Part shown: piece by piece, positions 1-9,663 of the stretch
How the letters are laid out: every line of letters begins with the position of its first letter
Numbering within the stretch: the first letter of the stretch is position 1
From: Pelagomonas calceolata
Taxonomy: Eukaryota
DNA length: 64,000 nt
Direction of reading: 5' to 3'
Assembly: GCA_918797485.1 (NCBI GenBank)
Contig: CAKKNE010000005.1
Location: 2,294,001-2,358,000 of the forward strand
The notes under the pieces: generated by a model
Database searches by the model: none
Told to the model about the DNA's origin: nothing
The model's input: the letters and a program-made list of their open reading frames with translations, nothing else
Position numbers and translations under genes: made by a program

Positions 1-656
1 GACCAAGCGTGGGGACCTACCGAACGATGTCGAACGGCCGGAGCGAACAATAAGGCCCGTTCGGCTGCGGCATCCGATGGCGCATTTCGGGGTGCGCCGA
101 TGGGCTGGCGCGATGTCATCGAATCGCCGCGGCGAGCCCGTTGACGTGCGTGGGCCATCGCATCCGATCCTTATAGATGCTCCGTGGCCACAGTTTTGGT
201 TCAATCGGCCCGGAAGGCACCATTTGGGCTCCACGAAGTCGGCCTCGACGTCACGTTCGGCCCACTGAATGTCGGCGTTGTGGAGGTTTTGAGCGGTCCG
301 AACGGTTCGGACCCACCCATGGGTCAGCATGGAGGCCCCCAACGGCCGGACTACGCGCGGAGGCAATTTTTGTGAATTTTCTAGTATGTGATTTGTGCCT
401 AACATCTGTCAAACCTCAAGATTTTTTCTCAAACTTTGTGTGAATTAAGATTAGGCATAGATACGTCCCATGACCGGTTTTCGTCCATATAATTTTCGAT
501 GCGGCGCCGCTAGAGCCGGAGTTAAAACCCGGGACCCCCCTTACTTAAATCAACCGCCCCCGCTCCGGCTGCCATTGGAGCCATCCCGTGCACCCGTTGG
601 CGCTGGCGGACGCCGCGCACGATCCTCAAAAACACAGCGAGCCGGCCCGCCTAGCC

Positions 657-2738
657 ATGCCCGGGGAGGACCGCCCCCTCTACCGCTGCTCCAAGGCCGG
701 CGCGACGGTCCGGGAAGGCGTCGAGCTCTCGTCGACGAAGGTCGGACGACTAGCCGGAAAGAGTATAGTAGGCATCAGTGAAGAGCGCACTACCGAAGAT
801 GGAGTAGCAAGAGCGCGACTCGACAGTCGAGCGGACGATTTGGAAGGGGGATGGGTCTCGAAGTGGGTCTTGAAACCCATGGACGAGGACAGTCAGCCGC
901 CGCCGCCGCCGCCCATGGAAGATCCGGCGGGTCCTTGGTTGGAATTAGAAGACGGTGTGCTGGAAATTGATGGTCTGCGTTTTACGAGCGACTTCTGCTC
1001 TGGCAACTTACAGTGTGTCAGAAAAGGCCACGACGGCGTCCTCGAACTCGCAGCACGAAGGGACAACCAGGGCACGCCCTTTGAATCGCGGCATTGTGCC
1101 TGGTTGTATTTCCGTGTTGAGGACAAACGACGGAAAAAAGAAAGTGTTACTTTACGAGTGCGCAGCGCCTCGAGGCAAGCGGCGTTGTACCGAGCGGGCT
1201 ACCGACCCGTGGAAAGAGACGGGAGTTGTCGCAGAAGTGATGGTTCTGATTGGGCCTCGTTATCCGGAGACGCCGGCTGGAAAAGAATAGCGCAGCATTC
1301 ATTTAGATGGAACGAGTGCCCCGACGTCGTGCCGCCGGACACGCCGTCGAAGCGCAAGTCGCGCTACGCCCAGAAACGGAGCGACTTAGACACGCCGAAA
1401 GCTTTACTTGAATGGGACGCGGAATTTCCCCCTTCCGGTGTCTTGGAGTTCGCCTTCTGCTACCCGTATTCGTACGAGTCGGTCTGTGCTACGGTGGATG
1501 CGTTGGCGCGCGCGAATTTGGGTGATGACGTCTATTTAAGGAGGGAGACGCTGACGACGTCGCTGGAAGGGAGACCTGTGGAATTATTAACAATCACGGC
1601 CAACGACGACACGTATTTTGGCGACGAGCCCCTCGACTGGCGTACGCACCATGATACGTCAGAGAAGAGCTCGAGGGGAGGCCTCGCGTTCAACATTTCC
1701 AGTGAAGGCGGCGACGATTCGAGCGACGACGGCGAGGACTCGGGCCCCGAGGGCACGAACAAGCCGTCTCTTCCCAAACCTCCTCTCCTCACTCCACATC
1801 GGAAGGACACGGAGGTGCGTGCTTGCAGTAAGCGGGAGGTCGTCATCAGCGCGAGAGTGCACCCCGGAGAAACGCCGGCCCAATTTGTGATTGATGGGTT
1901 GCTAGCAGCTGTGCTAGCGGACGGTCCCGTCGGCCAAGCCTTAAGGGAGGCCTACGTGTGGCGCGTCGTGCCTTGTTTGAATCCCGACGGCGTCGCGCGG
2001 GGTCACTACCGCAAGGATGCCAGAGGCGACGACCAGAACCGCCAGTACTGGCCGCCGCCGTCACCCAAACCATCACAACATCCAGCGCAAGCGGCCTTGC
2101 AGGCTCTAGCGCGGAGTAGCGGCGACCGGCTGCGCTGTTTGGTCGACGTGCATGCCCATGCTAATAAGCGGGGCTGTTTTCTCTTTGGAAACCACAACCC
2201 GCTCGGCGGGCCGGACGCGCCGGAGTTGTTGGCTTGTAGACTGTCCGCGCATTCTAGACATGCCGAGTGGCAGGCCTGTGATTTCAGTCGAAGAAAAATG
2301 GGCAACTCCGGGTCTTGTAGGGTAGCTTTACATCATGCTGGTATTGCAGATGGAAGACCTCGAGGAGCGGAGCCGCCGGCGCACGCGTACACGTTGGAGT
2401 GCAACTACAACAAGGGGACGACGGCGACCACTTCCGTGGTTACTGACGACCCGCCCGGTTCCGTGAGAGCGGCCTGGGCGAAGTGTAGCTATTTGTCGCC
2501 TTTATTAGCGGCGCCGTACGATCCGGGGGCTTGGAGGGATGTGGGACGTGCCCTAGCGATGGCGTTGTTGGACCTGGCGGCGGACGACGCGGCGCGGGGC
2601 CTGGACGACGTGCGGACGACGCGGACGCTGGACGAGTGTCGCAACTGGCTCGAGGCGCAGCGTTTGAAGGAGCGGCGCATCAAGGCCAAGTTCCGGCCGC
2701 GGCGCAAGAAGAAGGAGCCCCTCTCTAGTAACTCTTAA
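657..2738 (+). CDS. Cytosolic carboxypeptidase (M14 zinc carboxypeptidase, CCP/AGBL tubulin deglutamylase-like, most similar to CCP5 type)
   Basis: Motifs FxSDFCSGNL, WLYF, FAFCYPYSY, ARVHPGETPA, PCLNPDGV..GHYR, DVHAH and YTLECNYN. First ATG in frame is at 657. Confidence 0.88.
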   Translation: MPGEDRPLYRCSKAGATVREGVELSSTKVGRLAGKSIVGISEERTTEDGVARARLDSRADDLEGGWVSKWVLKPMDEDSQPPPPPPMEDPAGPWLELEDGVLEIDGLRFTSDFCSGNLQCVRKGHDGVLELAARRDNQGTPFESRHCAWLYFRVEDKRRKKESVTLRVRSASRQAALYRAGYRPVERDGSCRRSDGSDWASLSGDAGWKRIAQHSFRWNECPDVVPPDTPSKRKSRYAQKRSDLDTPKALLEWDAEFPPSGVLEFAFCYPYSYESVCATVDALARANLGDDVYLRRETLTTSLEGRPVELLTITANDDTYFGDEPLDWRTHHDTSEKSSRGGLAFNISSEGGDDSSDDGEDSGPEGTNKPSLPKPPLLTPHRKDTEVRACSKREVVISARVHPGETPAQFVIDGLLAAVLADGPVGQALREAYVWRVVPCLNPDGVARGHYRKDARGDDQNRQYWPPPSPKPSQHPAQAALQALARSSGDRLRCLVDVHAHANKRGCFLFGNHNPLGGPDAPELLACRLSAHSRHAEWQACDFSRRKMGNSGSCRVALHHAGIADGRPRGAEPPAHAYTLECNYNKGTTATTSVVTDDPPGSVRAAWAKCSYLSPLLAAPYDPGAWRDVGRALAMALLDLAADDAARGLDDVRTTRTLDECRNWLEAQRLKERRIKAKFRPRRKKKEPLSSNS

Positions 2739-2750
2739 ATTTTGACCTAG

Positions 2751-3045
2751 CTACTGCTTGCCCTTGGGCGTCTGGATGAGCGTCTTGATGAAGACGTCCT
2801 TTTCTTCGAGGATGACCTGCGTGTGATTGTGTCAACGCCATCGACGCCGTCGAGGCGAGGAAGGGCACTCGAAGGACGCCATCGACGCGAGGGCCAAAGC
2901 GTGGACACCGGGCGCGGACGGCGTTCTTCTCGATCTCCTCGTTCGCCGCGTCAAGCTTGGCCTGGATGACTCCTGCCGCCTTCGTCGCGGCGTCGCGCTC
3001 CTCCTTGGCCGCTTTGAGTTCTTGCTCGAGCTTGATCACGCTGTT
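2751..3045 (-). CDS. Orphan two-exon coiled-coil coding fragment (exons ~3045-2920 and 2816-2751); 5' end not identified
   Basis: Removing the GT..CAG intron 2919-2817 gives NSVIKLEQELKAAKEERDAATKAAGVIQAKLDAANEEIEKNA|VILEEKDVFIKTLIQTPKGKQ*, with host-like codon usage. Confidence 0.5.
2817..2919 (-). mobile_element. Introner-like spliceosomal intron (103 nt)
   Basis: GTCCGC...CACGCAG ends, two copies of the GCGTCGATGGCGT core, and GTC repeated at both junctions. Confidence 0.7.
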
Positions 3046-3938
3046 CTGGGCGCGTGCGCCCAGAACGACGCGATTCGTGGGAAAATTTCTTCGGGAAGGA
3101 CGGGTAACTTCGGAGCGAAGAGCTTCGCGAGCGACGCGTTGACCGCCTTCGCGTAGGCCTTGTACCCGCCAGCTGCGACGACTCGTTGTAAAAAGGGAAA
3201 TGGCCGCGGGAAATCACCAAAGCATCGAGCACCTAAGGGTGTGGTCATGAGGTCCGGTACCCGCGCGCCAGCGCAGAGCAAGATCGGCCAGGTCCGGCGT
3301 GTGCCGTTCTGACCATGCAATATGGCAAAATCCAGCGGCGTCCGGCACTCGGCATAGTTTTGTCCCGGGCCGAGGTGAGTGGGCCGTGAATACCCTTCGT
3401 AACGCCCCTCGATGTCTACCGTGGCCCCGGCCGCCAAAAGCAGGGCAACACAACCGGCATGATCAGCTATTACGGCCAAATGTAGAATCGACGTATTCCC
3501 GCACGGCGCATTAACGTCAGCACCGCCCAGAATGAACGCTTGCACGATTTCCAGAGAATTCTCATACCACCGTGGAAATTGCCCATGGAGCCTCAAATAT
3601 TTTTGGAGAGGAGTTTCATCATACCGATCGCGCGAGTTGGGATCCGCGCCCGCCTCGACCAGGATGGCGATGCACTCAGCGCTTGTGCGCTTCCCAAACG
3701 TCGGAGGCGATACACGGGCCAACTCGTGTAACGGTGTAGCTTGGTGGTAGCCCGTCACATGGTTGGGATCCGCGCCGGCCGCGAGCGCCTTGCGCAGTAG
3801 AGCGGGGTCTTTAAAGCTTGCGGCATTTACGAGATGATTCGTCGGGCTTACGTGTTCATGCCAGCGGACGGTGTATCCCGTAACCACGTCCTTGACCATC
3901 CTCAGGTCAGGCCGGTCCTCCTCTGAGTCCTCGGCCAT
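3036..3938 (-). CDS. Ankyrin repeat protein
   Basis: Repeated TPLH/GADPN/GADVN ankyrin motifs; ATG at 3938; lower GC than its neighbours. Confidence 0.85.
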   Translation of the reverse strand: MAEDSEEDRPDLRMVKDVVTGYTVRWHEHVSPTNHLVNAASFKDPALLRKALAAGADPNHVTGYHQATPLHELARVSPPTFGKRTSAECIAILVEAGADPNSRDRYDETPLQKYLRLHGQFPRWYENSLEIVQAFILGGADVNAPCGNTSILHLAVIADHAGCVALLLAAGATVDIEGRYEGYSRPTHLGPGQNYAECRTPLDFAILHGQNGTRRTWPILLCAGARVPDLMTTPLGARCFGDFPRPFPFLQRVVAAGGYKAYAKAVNASLAKLFAPKLPVLPEEIFPRIASFWAHAPRTA

Positions 3939-4059
3939 GGTCAGCTTTGCCCAGGCTGAGATCTGGGCGCAGAGTGTCAGGTGGTTCAGGTCGCGAGCAC
4001 TTTCGATTATTAACCACCAAGTCGGCGTCAATGCGCAATGAGCCGGACTGCAGCGCTTG

Positions 4060-4081
4060 CTAGTGTCTTACAGGCCGCTAG
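4060..4081 (+). promoter_or_regulatory. CTAG-N14-CTAG upstream element (consensus copy)
   Basis: CTAGTGTCTTACAGGCCGCTAG between divergent gene starts; identical copies at 39018 and 47837 (reverse complement). Confidence 0.7.
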
Positions 4082-4191
4082 GTCGATGTGCGGTGAGCCA
4101 GCACGCGGTAGGTACACGCAGCAGCACCAGCAGTGCAACATCGCTAAATCGAGTAGTCATCGCGATACACCACCAATTTCGACAGTTAACA

Positions 4192-4968
4192 ATGCTCCGC
4201 CACCTGTACGCAGCAAGACGATGCCTCGCCACAACAGCCCAAAACCACCAACGCGTCGCCAAACTGATCGCGAGGACCGGCGCCATGTCGCGACGAGAAG
4301 CCGACGCCGCCTTGGATGCCGGTCGCATCACTGTAAACAATGCGGTCGCGTCGCTGGGCGACAAGGCGCCGCCCGACGCGCGGCTGAAGCTCGACGGCCG
4401 CGCTTTGAAGGCTGCACCGACGGCGCCGCGCGTCTGGCTCGCCTACAAGCATAAAGGCGAGCAGGTGGCAAAATCAGAGCGGGGCGAGAAGATCCCGAGC
4501 GTGTTCAGCCGCGTGCGCCTCCAGCCGCACGTGTGTGCGGTCGGCCGCCTCGACGTGCAGTCCGAGGGTTTGCTCGTGCTGACGTCGTGCGGCGAACTAG
4601 CGCGGGCCATGGAGCTGCCCTCGAACGAACTGCGGCGGACCTACGAGGTGATCGTGCACGGCCGCGTCACCGCGTCGAAACTGGCGGCGATGCGCCGCGG
4701 CGTCCGCGTCGCCGGCGTCAAGTACGCGCCGATGCGCGTTCTGGTGTCGGACGCGCGAGACAATAGAGCGACGTTGGAACTCCAGTGCCGCGAGGGCAAG
4801 AACCGCATGATTCGCAGGATCTGCGACCACCTCCGATTGCGCGTGTCACGGTTGCGCCGTGTCGCGTTCGGGCCCTTCTCGCTGCGAAAGCACCTGCCCG
4901 ACCGCTTCGCCGTCGTCGAGGCGCGCATCCCGGCGTCGCTGCGGCGACTCGTCGACGACGAGAGGTAG
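4192..4968 (+). CDS. rRNA pseudouridine synthase, RsuA/RluB/E/F family, probably organellar
   Basis: S4-like RVAKLIARTGAMSRREAD, catalytic VGRLDVQSEGLLVLT, EGKNRMIRR, LRRVAFGP; Arg/Ala-rich N-terminal transit-like peptide. Confidence 0.9.
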   Translation: MLRHLYAARRCLATTAQNHQRVAKLIARTGAMSRREADAALDAGRITVNNAVASLGDKAPPDARLKLDGRALKAAPTAPRVWLAYKHKGEQVAKSERGEKIPSVFSRVRLQPHVCAVGRLDVQSEGLLVLTSCGELARAMELPSNELRRTYEVIVHGRVTASKLAAMRRGVRVAGVKYAPMRVLVSDARDNRATLELQCREGKNRMIRRICDHLRLRVSRLRRVAFGPFSLRKHLPDRFAVVEARIPASLRRLVDDER

Positions 4969-5060
4969 AAATAATGTGACTGACTTGTTAAAAAAAACGC
5001 CCCTGGCGTCGCGACGCTCCATGTGACGATTGTAAACTTTACACACACAACAAACAACAA

Positions 5061-6488
5061 CTAGAGAAGCGCCTCGTCGAGCGCCTCCCCAAGCTTCTTC
5101 GGGTCCGCGCGGCCCCGGGCCCGCTTCATGCACCTCCCCATCAACACCTTGCGCAGCTTCGTCTTGCCGGCCCGGAACAGCGCGACTTCGTCCGGACTCT
5201 CATCAATAATCTCGGCCACGATGCCACTCATAAAATCGGCGTCGTCGACGCGCGCCAGGCCCCGTTTCTCAATCTCCGCGGCGACGCCAAGATGTTCTTG
5301 AAACAACACGGGCAGGAGCTCCTTCGCCGACCGTCTTGACAATGTCCCCGCCGCGACGGCGCCCACGAGATCGGCCAGGTCCCGCGGCGTGAATGACGAA
5401 GGCAGCTCCGTACTCAAAGCGGCGACCTCGCCGAGCAGCCACCGGGCACTTGTCATTGCGTCGGCGCCGCTATCAACAGCCTCCAGCAAGAACGCGTCGA
5501 GGTCGCGGTCTACCAAAAGACTCGCGGTTTCGCTATCGAGCCCGGCCGCGACGCACCGTCGTCGAGCCGCGCGCGGCGTCGTCTCTTCTATTTGAACGCG
5601 ATCCAACTGCGCGAGCGCCTCTGTTAATGGAAGAGGCGGCAGGTCCGGCTCCGGCGAGAAGCGGTACTCGGCCGCGCCGCCCTTGTCTCTCATAACATAC
5701 GTCTCGGACCCATTCCATCCCAGTGTCTCCCGCTGAACAGTATCACCACTTTCATACAATAAAGCTTGCCTCCGTAGCTCAAAATCACAAGCTAAACGCA
5801 CGGCTCGCAACGAGTTCAAATTCTTGAGCTCGACGCGTTCCCTCACTTCACCTTCTTGCGTTACTGACACATTGACATCGACCCGCAGCTCGCCGTGCTC
5901 CAGGCGAGCTCGAGACGCGCCGCACCTCTTGACGACCTGCTGGAGCTCGCGCACAAAGGCCGCGGCCTCCGTCCCACTCCTCAAATCGGGCTCCGTCACG
6001 ATTTCAGCCAGAGCTATTCCAGCCCGGTTGTGATCCAAAACATCGGTAGTCTTGGCGCTGTCCTCCTCCAAGTGTAGGGAAGTGATGCGGATGGTTCGAT
6101 CGTCAATCTGGACTTTACCGGATCGCGCGAGCGGCGTCCTCGCCTGCGTGATCTGGTAGCCCTTCGGGAGGTCCGGATATTGATAATTTTTGCGGTCCCA
6201 CTCGAGCGTTTCTGCTAGTTCGTCGCAGTCCAAGGCCACTGCTGCCTTTAATCCAAGTAGAGGTGCGTCTGTGGACGCCACGGGCAGGGACCCCGGCTCG
6301 CCTAGACAAACGCCGCAGACGCGCGTGTTCGGGGGCGCCGTCGTCGACGGCGCGCAGCGGCAGAAGGCCTTGGTTGGGGTGTTGAGCTGGACGTGGCACT
6401 CTATTCCTATTACGGGGCGGAAGCCGCTGCTCGCGCGGCGTGTCCTGAGCACTGCCTGCAGCCTGGCAGTGATAACTCGCTGTAGCAT
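5061..6488 (-). CDS. gatB: Glu/Asp-tRNA amidotransferase subunit B (organellar)
   Basis: IGIECHVQL, CxVCLGEPGSLP, DRKNYxYPDLPKGYQITQ, LEEDSAK, EIVTEPD, LRVDVNVSV, RVELKNLNS, YRFxPEPDLPP. Confidence 0.95.
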   Translation of the reverse strand: MLQRVITARLQAVLRTRRASSGFRPVIGIECHVQLNTPTKAFCRCAPSTTAPPNTRVCGVCLGEPGSLPVASTDAPLLGLKAAVALDCDELAETLEWDRKNYQYPDLPKGYQITQARTPLARSGKVQIDDRTIRITSLHLEEDSAKTTDVLDHNRAGIALAEIVTEPDLRSGTEAAAFVRELQQVVKRCGASRARLEHGELRVDVNVSVTQEGEVRERVELKNLNSLRAVRLACDFELRRQALLYESGDTVQRETLGWNGSETYVMRDKGGAAEYRFSPEPDLPPLPLTEALAQLDRVQIEETTPRAARRRCVAAGLDSETASLLVDRDLDAFLLEAVDSGADAMTSARWLLGEVAALSTELPSSFTPRDLADLVGAVAAGTLSRRSAKELLPVLFQEHLGVAAEIEKRGLARVDDADFMSGIVAEIIDESPDEVALFRAGKTKLRKVLMGRCMKRARGRADPKKLGEALDEALL

Positions 6489-6829
6489 CGTGCGAGCCCC
6501 CGCAGCGATCGGCGTCGGGAAGCACCGATCAGAATTGATGCTATGCGGCGCCCGCGGCCGCGTTTTATGCCGTAGAGACTGTGCTTTTATTTTTTGGCTT
6601 TGGTGAGTTGAAAGATTAGTGTGTTACTGTTCTAGCATTCGGATTTCAAAAAAGCACGGAGAGTGCGGCCGTCTGCGTACAGGTGGCTCAGCAAAACACA
6701 CTCGCGGGAGCCAGCGACAAGCCCAGCACCTACGCTATCGAGCGCACGAGGCCGCGCTCGTCTAGCGGACAAAAAAACAGACCGCAGCCAGGGCACTGTT
6801 GTACACACGCCGCCGACGCGCGCTACATA

Positions 6830-8275
6830 ATGGCCGACGTCAGCGTAAGAGCCGAAGCGCGCAAGGCCCTCGCCCAGTTCGCGCGGCTCTACCCTAAAGA
6901 ACAGAGAGGACAAGTGGTCGACATCGTCTCCGCGTACGGCGTCCGCTGTATTTTGAATGAGGTGGCGCTCGAGCAGCTGAGCCCCGCGCGCCTCGCGGAA
7001 GCGTGCGAGGACGCCATTAGCGAGCTGCCGGCCATGCTGAAGCCGAGACCTAGGGGTGGCCGAGGTGATGTGAAGCCCGAGCCCCCTTCGAGAGTCGCCA
7101 TCGCAAGAAGAGCGCACAGAAGGGTGCGCAAGGATTCCGGCAGGCAGTACCCTTTCGTGGACGACGAGCAGCAGGGCGTGGCCGCCGTGCTGAGCGGAGA
7201 AGCTTCTAGGGATGCGTCCAAGTTCCTCGAAGCCCCGCCGGCCGAGCAAGCGCGGCGGGCGAGGGGCGTCTTCGCTGCTTTACGGACGCAGCCTAATAGA
7301 CTACTGAGGAGCGCTGCTGGTCCCGCCTTAGAAGAGGTGGCGGGCCGGCCCTTCCCGCCGGCCGAAGTTAGACTACTACTGGGAGACCACTGGGACGACG
7401 TCTCGGAGCTCCAGTTCCTCAAGGCGGTCCGACGAGTAGCTCAAGGCGGGTATGACGTGCCCGAGGAGCGGTGGGAGGATTCCTTAAGGGGCGAGTTGAC
7501 CGACGAACCGGCTTACGTGGCACCGACGTCGGCCGTCGCGGCCTTTGCGCAGCCTTCGTTTCAACCCGCCATCGAGGAAGCACCGAGAAGGAAGGCGCCT
7601 AGAGCCTGGGCGCTGCCTCTAGATGCGCCCACGGTGTCCACCGCGGCGAAACAGAGACCTCTCGCTCGCCGAAGGCCGAACCCCACGCGCCAGGCCTGGG
7701 TGTCTGAAGCGAAGAGGAACGTGTCGAGAAAAACGCCGCGCTATCTAGTGAACGTCGAATCGAAGATCAAGGACCAGCTGAACGCTCATAGAGCGCGCCT
7801 GAAGCGGGAGCGGGCCGCGGGTCGGGACGCGCTCGGCGACTCGTCCAATACTCCTCGAGCCGTGGACATCGCGGACGCGTTCCTGCGGAGCGAGGCGCCG
7901 CAGTGGGACTCGACCATTGATGATGCTGCCTTAGATGATTATGGTTTGCCGGCGGACGACCAGCCGGTGCCCGATTACCAGCCGCCCCGGCGCAAGGAGG
8001 GCGAGCGGCCCGACTACTCGTCGTGGGTCGGCGACTACGGGCCGGTCAACGCCAAGGGCGAGAAGCCGATGCCTCCGGCCGACGGCGAGGAGGCGGCCCG
8101 CGACCTCGCGGCACCGGCGGACGTCGACGCGGCGCTGCAGGCCGCGGCGGCGGCGCCCGCCGAAACGGCGGAGGAGGCCGACGATGACGCGCTCGACGAG
8201 GCCTTCCTCCAGGAGCTCGCGGGCGACGGCGCGGAGACGCTGTCGGCCGGCGAGGACGCGGTCCTCGACGACTGA
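6830..8275 (+). CDS. Hypothetical protein with acidic C-terminus
   Basis: Long ORF with host codon usage, ATG at 6830; no domain recognised. Confidence 0.65.
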   Translation: MADVSVRAEARKALAQFARLYPKEQRGQVVDIVSAYGVRCILNEVALEQLSPARLAEACEDAISELPAMLKPRPRGGRGDVKPEPPSRVAIARRAHRRVRKDSGRQYPFVDDEQQGVAAVLSGEASRDASKFLEAPPAEQARRARGVFAALRTQPNRLLRSAAGPALEEVAGRPFPPAEVRLLLGDHWDDVSELQFLKAVRRVAQGGYDVPEERWEDSLRGELTDEPAYVAPTSAVAAFAQPSFQPAIEEAPRRKAPRAWALPLDAPTVSTAAKQRPLARRRPNPTRQAWVSEAKRNVSRKTPRYLVNVESKIKDQLNAHRARLKRERAAGRDALGDSSNTPRAVDIADAFLRSEAPQWDSTIDDAALDDYGLPADDQPVPDYQPPRRKEGERPDYSSWVGDYGPVNAKGEKPMPPADGEEAARDLAAPADVDAALQAAAAAPAETAEEADDDALDEAFLQELAGDGAETLSAGEDAVLDD

Positions 8276-8354
8276 GCCTGCTGTTCCCGCGCCCCCCGAC
8301 GTAAGAGACCCGGGGTGTAAGTCATCTGGTACTATACTTACTTGCACAGCAACA

Positions 8355-9470
8355 TCAATCGCCGACATATTCCGGCACCTCCATTCCATTGCTCTGCAGT
8401 TCCTCGGCCGCCTCCTCATCATCGTTCTTAATAACCGCGTGTCGCCACAAGCGCTCGGCTTCGCCCCGGTCGGCGGGCACCCCCAGGCCACGCAGGTAAC
8501 AGCGCCCGAGCTGGGTGTATGAGTACAGGGCGCTCCGGGTTTCAATATCGAATTTGAACAGGCGCACGGCCTCTTTGTACCTGGTCTCGGCGTCTGGAGT
8601 GGGGATCTCACCATCAAAGTACATTGTGCCAAGTTCCTCAATCGCTGCGAAATGACTGATATGCTGTGCGGTAGCCATCGCCAAGTACTCGGCTCTGCGA
8701 GGGAGGTCCTTGAATGCAGGCCTCAATCCGTCGAGATACCTCGCCATGGAGAATTGGGCTCCCGCGTGCCCCTGGCGGGCGGCACGTTCGTTCCAGAGCA
8801 GTGCCGCCGGGATATCTCTGTCGCCGCCAATCCCGAAGGCGTAATCGCCACCCAGCTGGTACTGCGCACTTGCGCTTCCTTTCGTCGCATGTTCGTGTAG
8901 TTGCTCTCGTAGTAATTGACTCTCCGTAGCAGTCGGATGACCCCGCCGGCGGGGTAGATTCGATCCACAGACCGGGCAATTTGCGCTGCCCCTCCTACAT
9001 TTACCGCACATCACACTACCACAACACATCACCGTAGCGTGGTCTAAGTGGCCTATGGCTGGCATGGGGCCGATGCAAACCTGGCAACGCCACTTGGCCC
9101 GGGCAGCCGCCGCGGTTCGTGGAAAACAGCACGCGCCGCCGGCCGCGTCCCAGAGCACGATGCTTTCCTCGTATCGCTTGAGCCACGCCGCACCGGTCTG
9201 CTCTTCGCGCCGGTAATACACGGTCGCTTGCGACCGCCTGTCGCCGAACCCGAGGCGCCAGTCGGGATCTGGCAGCCGCGCGATCCGTGCCCGCACCCGC
9301 GTCAACGCATACCGATTGACAAAACTGAAGCGCCGCAAATATTTGATGCCGAGCTGCCGCAGTATTTCGTTCAGCAAAGTCTCGGGCAGGCGCAGGAGTC
9401 TGTCGGACTGATACGTCTGCGCGAGGGCGTCTCGCATTCCTGCAGCTGTGGTGCAGTCGAAGCGCGGCAT
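8355..9470 (-). CDS. RING-like zinc finger plus Sel1-like repeat protein, possible N-terminal F-box-like segment
   Basis: CQVC...CCGSVMCGKC...CPVC; AQYQLG/AQFSMA/GLGVPAD Sel1 repeats; LLRLPETLLNEIL. Confidence 0.8.
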   Translation of the reverse strand: MPRFDCTTAAGMRDALAQTYQSDRLLRLPETLLNEILRQLGIKYLRRFSFVNRYALTRVRARIARLPDPDWRLGFGDRRSQATVYYRREEQTGAAWLKRYEESIVLWDAAGGACCFPRTAAAARAKWRCQVCIGPMPAIGHLDHATVMCCGSVMCGKCRRGSANCPVCGSNLPRRRGHPTATESQLLREQLHEHATKGSASAQYQLGGDYAFGIGGDRDIPAALLWNERAARQGHAGAQFSMARYLDGLRPAFKDLPRRAEYLAMATAQHISHFAAIEELGTMYFDGEIPTPDAETRYKEAVRLFKFDIETRSALYSYTQLGRCYLRGLGVPADRGEAERLWRHAVIKNDDEEAAEELQSNGMEVPEYVGD

Positions 9471-9567
9471 GGCTGCCAACAGCAGTGCGTGTTGGGGCTG
9501 CGTGTTGGGGCAGCCCTGCCTGCCTAGGCCGCCATGAAAGCGCCTGCTCAAAGGACCCGAGACATTT

Positions 9568-9589
9568 CTAGTGTCTTTACAAACGCTAG
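9568..9589 (+). promoter_or_regulatory. CTAG-N14-CTAG upstream element
   Basis: CTAGTGTCTTTACAAACGCTAG between divergent starts at 9470 and 9664. Confidence 0.6.
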
Positions 9590-9663
9590 CAGCCGATTTT
9601 GGGCTCGCCTGCGCTTGTTTGCGTGAACGCGCACATAGCTATAGCTGGGAAGATCTTCTAAGC

